A stretch of 64,000 nucleotides of DNA from Opitutales bacterium (GTDB lineage: Bacteria > Verrucomicrobiota > Verrucomicrobiia > Opitutales > JABSRG01): NCBI GenBank assembly GCA_049599475.1, contig JBMYOQ010000002.1, positions 32,001 through 96,000 of the forward strand, written 5' to 3'. Shown one piece after another: positions 28,130-37,119 of this stretch (position 1 is its first letter; every line of letters starts with the position of its first letter). Below the pieces are notes generated by a model that saw nothing but the letters and a program-made list of their open reading frames with translations, was not told the origin of the DNA and ran no database searches. A program made the translations under genes and the position numbers.

Positions 28130-29023
28130 TTATTTTTGAAGCCGAGATTTCAACTCCTCGAGGCGGTCTTGTATTTCTGATACCAATTGCTCCGATGGGC
28201 TGTTTTGCACACTCTCTTCGCTGTTTGGCTTCGTTTCGGCTTTTGCGTCGGCCAAAGATTCCACCATCACTCCGATGAATAGGTTTATCATTACTAGGGC
28301 GCCCACCATGACGAAGGACACGAAATAAATAACGGCCCATATGCCAAATGCATGTGGATCGGGTCCTACCGGAATGGCCCCTTGCGCGTTGTAGACATCG
28401 GAGCCCAACATTCCGGTGTACATAACATCTGTCCAGTCCTCAAGAGTGACAATGCGAAATAGGGTAAGCAGCGCGAGTCCCAGGTCTCCGAAGTGGCCGG
28501 GATCGTTGCCACGGAAGAAATTCACCCCGATTACCGCATATACGTAGAAATGCATGCTCAAAAGGATCACCACATAACCTAGGGACGGGAGGCTGTGAAG
28601 CAGTGCGATGACGAGCTTCTGCAGCTTGGGTATCTGGGTGATGAGTCTCAATACACGTAAGATCCGGAAAAGCCGCAACACGGCGACCCAGCTCCCGGAG
28701 CTCGGGATTAAGCATATCGCAACAATCAGGAAATCGAAGCAATTCCAGCCGCTCTTAAAATAGGCCTGAGGGCGGGGGAATAGGGCGAGCATTTTGATTA
28801 CAACCTCAGCAGCAAAGATTCCGAGTACCAGTTTATCAAGGAACAGGATGATGTTCCCGTAATTTTCCATGATCGTCGGAGAAGTCTCGAGGCCCACCAA
28901 AACGCCGGCAAAAACGATTACAGCAAGAATCGATCGTTCAAAGGCCGGGTGGGTGGTCAGCTTTTGGCATATGCTGAACAGGTTTGCTTTCTTCTCTTCA
29001 GTCTTGTTTGCTTCGGAATCCAT
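28130..29023 (-). CDS. Bacterial voltage-gated cation channel (BacNav family)
   Basis: GWNCFDF, S4 RLFRILRVLRL, selectivity filter TLEDWTD and INLFIGV. Confidence 0.92.
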   Translation of the reverse strand: MDSEANKTEEKKANLFSICQKLTTHPAFERSILAVIVFAGVLVGLETSPTIMENYGNIILFLDKLVLGIFAAEVVIKMLALFPRPQAYFKSGWNCFDFLIVAICLIPSSGSWVAVLRLFRILRVLRLITQIPKLQKLVIALLHSLPSLGYVVILLSMHFYVYAVIGVNFFRGNDPGHFGDLGLALLTLFRIVTLEDWTDVMYTGMLGSDVYNAQGAIPVGPDPHAFGIWAVIYFVSFVMVGALVMINLFIGVMVESLADAKAETKPNSEESVQNSPSEQLVSEIQDRLEELKSRLQK

Positions 29024-29061
29024 AGGGGTCTTTACGCTCGATTAATGAACGAGGGCGCAGG

Positions 29062-29706
29062 TCAGAGTAACTCTATGAGAATAACCTGAACACATCCCAC
29101 CACGAACCCCAAAACGGCTCCAATACGCTCAATGGTTCTAAACTCTTTGCGTGCGACTTCCATGACAATAGATTCGAGCTTATCTAGCTCAAAGGCTTCG
29201 ATGCGTTCCTGGATAAGGGAGCGCACGTCGAAGTGATTTTCAAAGTTTCCGGCGATTTTTTCCATGAGTTTCGGAGTCTCGTTGCCGATTTCTTCATGTG
29301 CCATTTTTTCCAGGGATTCCACGGCGGACTCGTTGATGAAATTCCCGACAAGCGGTAGGGTTTGCAAGCGAGGAGCCAGGCGGTCTCGAATAAGCGTAGA
29401 AATCGCGACTTTGAGCTGAGGAGCTACGTCAATATTTGCCAGAGTATCGCGGATCTTATGGTTACTGATCAGTTCCCGTTCGATGATCTCGGCAGCCTGT
29501 TTGGCGAGCGCTGGCTGTCGCTTGGGGATCAGGCCTTGCCAGGTGAAAATGCCCAGGATTTTCAGCGGTCTCTGAGGGCGGAAGAGCATTTTGATCGCTA
29601 CCCAGTTGGTGAGCCAGCCAATGAAAGCGGTGATAAACGGGATGGAAAAGATGACTATAGTTTTAGCGTCCACGGTTATTGCAAAGTGTAGGAGGAAGCG
29701 TTCCAT
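29062..29706 (-). CDS. DUF445 family membrane protein
   Basis: IGWLTNWVAIKMLFRP, QGLIPKR and KEFRTIERIGAVLGF; start uncertain. Confidence 0.88.
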   Translation of the reverse strand: MERFLLHFAITVDAKTIVIFSIPFITAFIGWLTNWVAIKMLFRPQRPLKILGIFTWQGLIPKRQPALAKQAAEIIERELISNHKIRDTLANIDVAPQLKVAISTLIRDRLAPRLQTLPLVGNFINESAVESLEKMAHEEIGNETPKLMEKIAGNFENHFDVRSLIQERIEAFELDKLESIVMEVARKEFRTIERIGAVLGFVVGCVQVILIELL

Positions 29707-29716
29707 AAGGGTGTCT

Positions 29717-30748
29717 ATGTCTGGTGAATCAACGCAAAAGTGGGGTAATGGTTTGGTCGAGTTGCGACCAGCCGGGTTATTTTGTCCCCTCGGCAATTTC
29801 TACATAGATCCGTGGAAGCGTGTAGATAAGGCGCTTATCACACATGCGCATTCCGATCATGCTCGAGCCGGTTCGGAGGCGTATTTGACGGCGCAGCCGG
29901 GCGTCGGAGTCCTCTCTGAACGTGTAGGGAAAAAGTCGGTGATCCAAGGTATTCCCTATGGGGAAATGCTGCGGGTCGGCGACGTGGAGGTAAGTTTTCA
30001 TCCGGCGGGCCATGTTCTCGGAAGCGGTCAGATTAGGATCGAGCACAGTGGACGCGTAACAGTTGTGACTGGTGACTATAAGCGACATGAGGATTCGAGT
30101 TGTCACACAATGGAGCCTGTAAAATGCGATACCTTTATCACTGAATGCACCTTTGGCCTTCCTATTTTTCGTTGGCCGAATCCCAGGGAAGTTTTTCGAG
30201 AAATGAACGCCTGGTGGCGTTTGAATCAGCAGCAAGGCCGAACCAGTGTGATGTACGTCTATTCTCTGGGAAAGGCCCAGCGGGTATTGGCGGGTATTGA
30301 TTCGGAAATCGGTCCGATAGTCGTCCATCGCAATATCAAGAATTTCTTGCCGCACTACGAGGCCGAGGGCTTTGCTATGCCGGAAGTCTCGGCGGTATCC
30401 GTGGAAAACGTAAAACGAGTAAGAGGATCAGGGCTGATCCTTGTCCCAGGAGCCGCTCAGGATGCGGTATGGAGCAAGCATGCCGGTGACATCTCAGATT
30501 CAAGTGCGTCGGGTTGGATGAGAGTGCGAGGAATGCGGCGCTGGAATGCCTATGATCGGGGCTTTGTGCTATCCGATCACGTAGATTGGGATGGGTTGAT
30601 GCAGACGATCAAAGATACTGAGGCTGAGCATATTGGAGCGACTCATGGCTATACCGAGGAGGTTGTTCGCTTCCTGCGAGAGGCGGGACGCGATGCTTTT
30701 GAGGTACCGACTCGGTTTGTGGGGGATTCTTTGAAGGATGAAGGATGA
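29717..30748 (+). CDS. Ligase-associated DNA damage response exonuclease (MBL fold)
   Basis: ITHAHSDHAR, HPAGHVLGS, ITECTFGLP and LSDHVDW; start uncertain. Confidence 0.9.
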   Translation: MSGESTQKWGNGLVELRPAGLFCPLGNFYIDPWKRVDKALITHAHSDHARAGSEAYLTAQPGVGVLSERVGKKSVIQGIPYGEMLRVGDVEVSFHPAGHVLGSGQIRIEHSGRVTVVTGDYKRHEDSSCHTMEPVKCDTFITECTFGLPIFRWPNPREVFREMNAWWRLNQQQGRTSVMYVYSLGKAQRVLAGIDSEIGPIVVHRNIKNFLPHYEAEGFAMPEVSAVSVENVKRVRGSGLILVPGAAQDAVWSKHAGDISDSSASGWMRVRGMRRWNAYDRGFVLSDHVDWDGLMQTIKDTEAEHIGATHGYTEEVVRFLREAGRDAFEVPTRFVGDSLKDEG

Positions 30749-30888
30749 AATGCGTAAATGCTGCTGGTGATGCTGGAGAATCGTTCTATCGTTTGCGGTT
30801 AAAGGCCTTGACGCGGAACCCATTCAAAATTCTAACTGCGCTCGTGCTTGCATTTGGAGGGTAATGGGGGCATTATTCTTGGTTTTTC

Positions 30889-31851
30889 ATGTCTGAATTT
30901 GACCAACAGAGCTTCGCTAAACGCGATTTGAGCAAGATCTATGACGCTTCATTCACTAGCAATGATAGCTATCGGGACACATTGCCTGACCCTCAGAATA
31001 CAGAGGCGCCCTTCGGCTTAAACACCGATGTCGAAGTCAAACACGTGGGCATCTCGAATTTCAAATTGCCACTGAAAATTCGTGTCGCAGATGGCTCTGC
31101 ACAGACCGTCGAGGCATCTATGATCGGAACTGTTCCGTGTGCTTCGGGACGTCGTGGTATCAATATGGGGCGCATCATGCGTGTTTTCTACCGCTACCGC
31201 GACCAAGTCTTTACTCCTCAGCTTCTGGAAAGCGTTCTCAAAGATTATTGCGAAGAATTGAGTGCAGACTCAGCTCGGCTGAAAATCAGTTTTTCATACC
31301 CGATGATCCTACCGGCGCTGCGGAGCGGATTGGAGGGCTATCAATTCTACAAGTGTTCGTATGAAGGTAGATACTCGCGAGACAAGGGGTGTGAATTGCG
31401 AGTGGAGTTTGATTTTGTCTACTCGTCTGCGTGCCCTTGCTCAGCTGACCTTTCTGAACATGCGGAGGATACGCGAGAAGCCTATGCGGTGCCTCATTCT
31501 CAGCGAAGTAAGGCCCGTGTATGGAGTGTGATTGAGTCAGGTCATTCACTCACTTTGGAAGATTTACAGGCTATCTGTGTCGAAGCCTTAAAGACTGAAA
31601 CTCAAGTCATGGTGCGTCGCGAAGACGAACAAGCTTTCGCCGAGCTAAACGGAGCCAACTTGAAGTTCGTCGAGGACGCAGCTCGCCTCCTACATCAGGG
31701 CTTGGACGCACATCCTTCGATTGCAGATTTTCAGGTAGCGTGTGCTCACCTGGAGTCTTTGCACTCTCATGATGCTGTAGCCGTGATGGTGAAAGGAATC
31801 GATGGCGGGTATGATGGCGATTTTGATGCTTTCCAAGATCTGATTGTTTGA
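30889..31851 (+). CDS. folE2: GTP cyclohydrolase IB
   Basis: GINMGR, SSACPCS, HSQRS, FVEDAAR and ESLHSHDA. Confidence 0.92.
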   Translation: MSEFDQQSFAKRDLSKIYDASFTSNDSYRDTLPDPQNTEAPFGLNTDVEVKHVGISNFKLPLKIRVADGSAQTVEASMIGTVPCASGRRGINMGRIMRVFYRYRDQVFTPQLLESVLKDYCEELSADSARLKISFSYPMILPALRSGLEGYQFYKCSYEGRYSRDKGCELRVEFDFVYSSACPCSADLSEHAEDTREAYAVPHSQRSKARVWSVIESGHSLTLEDLQAICVEALKTETQVMVRREDEQAFAELNGANLKFVEDAARLLHQGLDAHPSIADFQVACAHLESLHSHDAVAVMVKGIDGGYDGDFDAFQDLIV

Positions 31852-31930
31852 CGATATTTGTCAAAAATGTAGCAAACTTAAGAAACTGTGAAACACGGGC
31901 CCTATTCCTGCGTTATGTATATGCAAAGTA

Positions 31931-32479
31931 ATGAGCCCTCCCGCACAGTCAGAATTGGAAGTTTTCGATGTCGTCGATGCGAACGACGTTGTGATCGGTA
32001 CGTCGACACGGGGTCAGGTGCATCGCGAGAAGCTTTTTCACCGCGCAATTCACATTTTTGTCTTCAATAGCCAGGGGCAGGTCTTTCTCCAAAGGCGCTC
32101 TCTGGAAAAGGACTCTGCGCCGGGTAAATGGGCGAGTGCTTGTTCGGGCCACGTTGATTCTGGTGAGGACTATGAATCGTCGGCTCGTCGGGAAATGTTA
32201 GAAGAGCTTGGAGTCGAGGCTCCTGAACGCCTAGAGCCTTTGTTTAAAGAGCGCGCTCGTCGCGAAACGGGCAACGAGTTTGTCTGGGTCTACCGCACCG
32301 AGCACGAGGGACCATTTGTCCTGAATGAAGAGGAAATCATGGACGGCCAATGGATCGATGTAGAAGTCTTGGATCGTTGGGTTGCGGAGAAGCCACGAGA
32401 CTTTTCATGGTCTTTTGTCTTCCTGTGGGAGCGCTATCGTCGTGAATCGGGTGAAATGCAGTTGAAGGTTTCTGCATAA
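31931..32479 (+). CDS. NUDIX hydrolase (IDI/YfcD-like)
   Basis: HRAIHI, LQRRS..KD and SGHVDSGEDYESSARREMLEELG. Confidence 0.88.
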   Translation: MSPPAQSELEVFDVVDANDVVIGTSTRGQVHREKLFHRAIHIFVFNSQGQVFLQRRSLEKDSAPGKWASACSGHVDSGEDYESSARREMLEELGVEAPERLEPLFKERARRETGNEFVWVYRTEHEGPFVLNEEEIMDGQWIDVEVLDRWVAEKPRDFSWSFVFLWERYRRESGEMQLKVSA

Positions 32480-32503
32480 ATTTTACGCCGTTAGGTTTTG
32501 GGC

Positions 32504-33373
32504 TTAGCCACCCAAAATATCCAAAATTTGGATTAGGTCTGTTACGACTCTATCTGGCTGAATATCGCCGACGATGCTGTCACCCTCACGCCAACGCAGA
32601 GAGCGAGCGTCGCCTGCAAACAAGACAGTCTTGAAGCCGACCTTGTGCGCTGGAGCGACATCGTTTCTCATATCGTTGCCAATATATAGGACTTCCTCTG
32701 GGGAAATCCCTGAGCTTGCGAGCGCTTCTGCCGCATTCTCGTATAGGGCAGTAGAGGGCTTGGCTTTCAGGTGAGCGAAGGACCAGTGGCTATGCTCGGG
32801 CTGGAATCCCAGGGTTTCTACATCTTTATCGAAAAATGCAGTGAACATGTGAGGCGTGAAGAACTGCGCGTTGGACACAATGCCTAGGCATAGCCCACGT
32901 TCCTGAATCTTTTCGAGCAGGGTGAGGGCGTTGGGCATGGGCCATACTGCGTTTACCTGGGCTTCATAGTAAGTTGCTAGGTGCTCGCAGGTCTCAATCT
33001 CTGCCTCAGGAAACCCGTAGCTGCTGATGAGGTCTCTCCAGACAAAGCGTATTTCTACCTCGGGCCAGTCAGTGCCCTGGGCTTTTTCTTTGGCCTGATG
33101 CTCTGCCACGATTTCGCGGAAGCGTTTGCTGATACCATCGCGATTGTCGTGGGGTATACCGAATCCATAGGCGGCTAAGCATCGGGCCATGACCGCATCG
33201 CGATTTTCGTCTTTGACCAGTGAGATATCTCCGACGCTGGATATAATCAGAGTGCCATAGACATCGAAAAACACCGCGCGGATTCCCGGTAGGGGATCGA
33301 TTATTGTTTTGGCGTCCGTGGGTTCCGGAGATAGTGGAGACGCGAGTCCAGTGAAAATTTTGGCGCAAGTCAT
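32504..33373 (-). CDS. HAD-family phosphatase
   Basis: FDVYGTL, VSNAQ, KPS and IGNDMRND. Confidence 0.88.
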   Translation of the reverse strand: MTCAKIFTGLASPLSPEPTDAKTIIDPLPGIRAVFFDVYGTLIISSVGDISLVKDENRDAVMARCLAAYGFGIPHDNRDGISKRFREIVAEHQAKEKAQGTDWPEVEIRFVWRDLISSYGFPEAEIETCEHLATYYEAQVNAVWPMPNALTLLEKIQERGLCLGIVSNAQFFTPHMFTAFFDKDVETLGFQPEHSHWSFAHLKAKPSTALYENAAEALASSGISPEEVLYIGNDMRNDVAPAHKVGFKTVLFAGDARSLRWREGDSIVGDIQPDRVVTDLIQILDILGG

Positions 33374-34845
33374 GAGGATCGGAGGAGATTAAAGCGTGTT
33401 GGAGAGAGGAAACTAGAGAGCACCCCGCGAGGATCTATGTGCCCCAGCACGCGCTCCACGCGAGCGGATGCTAGAGTATTATAGATATCTAAAAGTGTTT
33501 CTGCGTAAGACTGAGGCGTGTAGCTCTTGCGGATAATAGAGTCGTTCGACTCGATCGCGTCGGAGGAGATCTCTCCACCAAAGAATGTATCAGCCAGCTT
33601 TTGAGCCCAGGCAGGGCGTTCAGAGATGACTCGCTCGATGATGGATTCCTGGAATGGTTCACTGAGTACACCAAAATCTATGTGATCGTTTTGGATCCAG
33701 GTTTCGAAGATCTCGTCAATATCCTCTTCACTATAAGCCTCACCATACTGTTCGCGAAGTTCGGCGAAATGTGTGCGGGTTTCTTCCTTCAAGGGGCCCA
33801 GATCTCCTACAAAATCCACTGGAATATCAAGACGAGCGTAAAGGTGATCGAGGTGTAGCGCCTCTTCCTTGAAGTCCTGCGTGATCTCCGGAAGGTCGCG
33901 GCCAATTACGGCTTTGCCGAAGGTCCAGGGTTCCAAGAATCCGAGGCCAAACCCCTCGGCGACCGAAGTTGTGACCATGGTTTCCGCGCGGGCTATGATC
34001 TCATCGAAAGATGCATCGGTGCGGGAGCCGAGTTCGAAAACCACGGGGAGTTCCAAGGCTTTCGCTTTCTCAATCCACGCGTCGAAGGCAGGGCGGAAAT
34101 TCGGATTGGACGGGTCTAGGGTGTTGGCCAGCCAGGTGTCCTCTGGAGCAAGTGCACCCCAGAAGAGAAGCTCTCCCAAGTTTTTGCGGCGTACTGCCCG
34201 CACTGGGTAGAGGAATAGGCGGTCGCGTTCGCAAATTGCCGAGAGATCTGCGGGAGTCTCATCGAAGGTCCCCTGGGGTGCTGGAACTGGATTCGGTAAA
34301 AGATGAATATTTGAAGCAGGAATCCCGGCCTCTCGCATGATGGCGAAGTCGCGCCCATTCAGCAGGGCATAGTGGATGTGTTCGCCAATGGGATAGAGGT
34401 CCTCTGGAGACTCCAAGCCTTCTTGGATATGTGCATAATTCGAGGGTCTGCCGTCCTCAGCAAAATCGTGGATGTGTAGGAGAAGAGGGCGTCCATCGGC
34501 CGCCAGCCGCCGAACCACTCCGGCGAATGCTTTGTTCTTCCCGAGAGAATGGTTGTGGATGTGCCAGACGTCGGGCAGTCCGTCGAAGATCTCACGGGCT
34601 GCTCCGATTATCGAAAAATAAAGAGCCTCAGGATCTATCGTTTGATTCGCCGAGGTGTACCCTAATTCATCGAGACAGCGCGATTGTGAATCATCGTCTG
34701 AATACCCTGGCGGACCGGAGATAAACCCGAACTGAATATCTTCCGACAGCTTCTCAAATCCGGAAAGGGTCGACTGCGCTACGCGGGTGACCCCTCCGGG
34801 TTTGAAGTGATAGTGGACTACGGCAATTTTCAGCCGATCGCTCAT
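33370..34845 (-). CDS. GT-B glycosyltransferase (GT4-like), candidate mannosylglucosyl-phosphoglycerate-type synthase
   Basis: HYHFKPGGVTRV, HNHSLGKN, PVRAVRRKN and EGFGLGFLE. Confidence 0.75.
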   Translation of the reverse strand: MSDRLKIAVVHYHFKPGGVTRVAQSTLSGFEKLSEDIQFGFISGPPGYSDDDSQSRCLDELGYTSANQTIDPEALYFSIIGAAREIFDGLPDVWHIHNHSLGKNKAFAGVVRRLAADGRPLLLHIHDFAEDGRPSNYAHIQEGLESPEDLYPIGEHIHYALLNGRDFAIMREAGIPASNIHLLPNPVPAPQGTFDETPADLSAICERDRLFLYPVRAVRRKNLGELLFWGALAPEDTWLANTLDPSNPNFRPAFDAWIEKAKALELPVVFELGSRTDASFDEIIARAETMVTTSVAEGFGLGFLEPWTFGKAVIGRDLPEITQDFKEEALHLDHLYARLDIPVDFVGDLGPLKEETRTHFAELREQYGEAYSEEDIDEIFETWIQNDHIDFGVLSEPFQESIIERVISERPAWAQKLADTFFGGEISSDAIESNDSIIRKSYTPQSYAETLLDIYNTLASARVERVLGHIDPRGVLSSFLSPTRFNLLRSS

Positions 34846-35825
34846 GCCTTAATTCCGAATTCCTTACAGTATTCAGGAACGGTGATCATCGGTGGGCGTT
34901 CGACTTCCACGATCTTCTTTGTCGTGAGTTGATAATTGTTCCCCTCAGCGACGAATGAGCGGTAGACAGTGCTCAGTTCCGGCAAACGGTCGATCATGTC
35001 GAACTTCTCAAGGCGATTTAGGAAGCTCTGGAGGATACCAAAAGACATCTTTCCGAGAGCCGATGTGGATTGATTACGGTGAACCCGTTGGTCCAGATCC
35101 GTCTGCGCAAAAGCGTCGAGTCCGAGCTCAGAATACACGTCGAGAATATGGGATGTTTCCACACCGTATCCGATTGGGAAAGCGATCTTATCGAGAATAT
35201 CGCGGCGTACAGCATATTCACCCGAAAGAGGTTGAATCAGGGCTGTAAGCTCCGGGAAGAACAAGGAAAAGAGGGGACGTACGAGGATTTCGGTAACCCG
35301 TCCACCTCCTGAAGCGCGAACGCCCGGAGAAACGTTTAGCGGCCGGTCATAGAATGCCTTCACGTATTGGACCTCATCGCGATGGATCAGGGGCGCTACG
35401 AGGCCTGTGCAGAAGCGCGGGTGAATGTTCTTAATATCTGCGTCTACGTAGCAGATAATGTCGCCTTTGAGTTGGTAGATGGCCTTCCAGAGATTTTCAC
35501 CCTTACCCGGCTTGTTGCCCACGGATGGTAGAATGTCGGAAGCCAGGTAGGTGTCGGCTCCAAAAGACTTTGCCACCTCGAGCGTGCGGTCTGTTGACCC
35601 CGAGTCGATGACTGCGAGTTCGTCCACCAGTGGGTAACGCTCCATCAATTCTGAACGGAAAATGACGATCTCTTTCCCGATCGTTTTCTCCTCATTCAGT
35701 GTAGGAATACACAGCGAAATCTTGAGGCCCTTCTTCTCTTTTTCTTTGATGAGTTTGAGAAGATCCCAGAACTCGCCGTGATGGAAGGTGTTGTTTTTAA
35801 GCCACTTATCAATTTTCTTACTCAT
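34842..35825 (-). CDS. gpgS: Glucosyl-3-phosphoglycerate synthase (GT81)
   Basis: PTLNEEKTIG, GKGENLW, DAD, GGRVTE, QPLSGEYA and HRNQ. Confidence 0.9.
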   Translation of the reverse strand: MSKKIDKWLKNNTFHHGEFWDLLKLIKEKEKKGLKISLCIPTLNEEKTIGKEIVIFRSELMERYPLVDELAVIDSGSTDRTLEVAKSFGADTYLASDILPSVGNKPGKGENLWKAIYQLKGDIICYVDADIKNIHPRFCTGLVAPLIHRDEVQYVKAFYDRPLNVSPGVRASGGGRVTEILVRPLFSLFFPELTALIQPLSGEYAVRRDILDKIAFPIGYGVETSHILDVYSELGLDAFAQTDLDQRVHRNQSTSALGKMSFGILQSFLNRLEKFDMIDRLPELSTVYRSFVAEGNNYQLTTKKIVEVERPPMITVPEYCKEFGIKA

Positions 35826-36984
35826 CTAAAAGACCTTTGTCGATTGCTACCACGGTTGCTACGAGCTGTGCGATGCCTTTGAAGATGGGCTCGATTTCAG
35901 CAGATTCGTTAAATTCGTGAGCATTTTCACCATGCGTGATGCCCAGTGTCAGCCCGGGGATGCCTTCATCGATCAGCGCGCTGAGTTCGCCGGTGCTCGC
36001 GCCGATATTTGGCGTGATTTCGAGCTTATCCATGAATGCGTGCACACCCTTGACGAGTGGATGCTGGTAGCCGATCCCACCTACTTTGCGGCGTGCGAGC
36101 TCTATGAGACGTACCTTTACGCGAGTCTCCGCGGAGATTTCGCTGCAGATATCCACGATTTGGTCCCGCAGTTTGGCGGCGAGTCCATCTTCCTCACTGC
36201 GCACCTCAAATTGCAGGTAACCGGTCCTAGGCAATGTGTTGAATGCAGTGCCAGCGCCGACTGATCCGAGAATGAGATTTGTGCGCGGTTCGCTGGGCAA
36301 AGGAATGGAAAGCATCTTGTTGATGACACGATTGAGAATGGTGATCGCGCCGACGTTACCCCATTTGGACCAATCTGTCTGGTCTGGGATTTCGACTTGA
36401 ATCTCGCCGCGAAGCATGCCCACAGAGCTGTAAGACATGCGTCCGAGCTGAGTGCCTTCTACACAGATAGCACCGGAGATAGGAAGCTTGTTACTAGAAA
36501 GAAAATGACGCATGCCGCCGAGATCTCCGCGACCAAGGCTGCGTGTTGTGCCCATCAGGATGACATTATTCTCCAATTGGATATCCATCTTCTCCAGCAG
36601 AGTCGGCAGAGATGCGATAACCGCGAGTCCCAGCGTGTTGTCTGATATGCCGGGCCCTACGATCTTCTCTGGGCCTACAGCCATAGCATGATCGACCGCG
36701 CTGTTGAAAACGGTGTCTGCATGGGCTAGGAGGAGGATATTCGATTTTCCCTCTTTTCCGGGAATAGTGGCGATGCCATTGCCTGCTTCGTCTGTCGCCG
36801 CATTACTGAGACCACACTCAGTAAAGCGATCGTTGAGGAAGCGAATCCGCTCGGTTTCCCCAAAAGTGGGGGCTGGAATTTCTCCTATTAATACTGCGTT
36901 CGCGAGGACCAGCTCCTTCAAGGAGCGTAGTTTTTCCTCATAAGTGGGAATGGCGTCTAGGACGTCTTTTATAATTGGGCTCAT
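35818..36984 (-). CDS. M20/M28 family metallopeptidase/hydrolase
   Basis: IPAPTFGE..R, DEAGN, AHADTVF, GPGISDN and H..NE. Confidence 0.8.
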   Translation of the reverse strand: MSPIIKDVLDAIPTYEEKLRSLKELVLANAVLIGEIPAPTFGETERIRFLNDRFTECGLSNAATDEAGNGIATIPGKEGKSNILLLAHADTVFNSAVDHAMAVGPEKIVGPGISDNTLGLAVIASLPTLLEKMDIQLENNVILMGTTRSLGRGDLGGMRHFLSSNKLPISGAICVEGTQLGRMSYSSVGMLRGEIQVEIPDQTDWSKWGNVGAITILNRVINKMLSIPLPSEPRTNLILGSVGAGTAFNTLPRTGYLQFEVRSEEDGLAAKLRDQIVDICSEISAETRVKVRLIELARRKVGGIGYQHPLVKGVHAFMDKLEITPNIGASTGELSALIDEGIPGLTLGITHGENAHEFNESAEIEPIFKGIAQLVATVVAIDKGLLDE

Positions 36985-37119
36985 AATTGTAGCGGTGACT
37001 ACGCTCCGCTAGTTATACGAAGCTCCGCGGATATGGCTCCAGCAAAATTTGGCCCGATTCGTGTTAAATCCTGAAGGCAGGTCTTGGTGAAATGCTATAA
37101 GTGTTTGGTATTCAGCGCA

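Noticed and set aside
30733..30750. gaaggatgaaggatgaaa, the same 7-mer as at 1375
   Set aside because: It encodes the natural KDEG-stop end of the exonuclease and no inverted partner was seen; probably coincidental
30750..30888. Zur box upstream of folE2, expected with a ZnuD-like receptor in the window
   Set aside because: No convincing palindrome was seen
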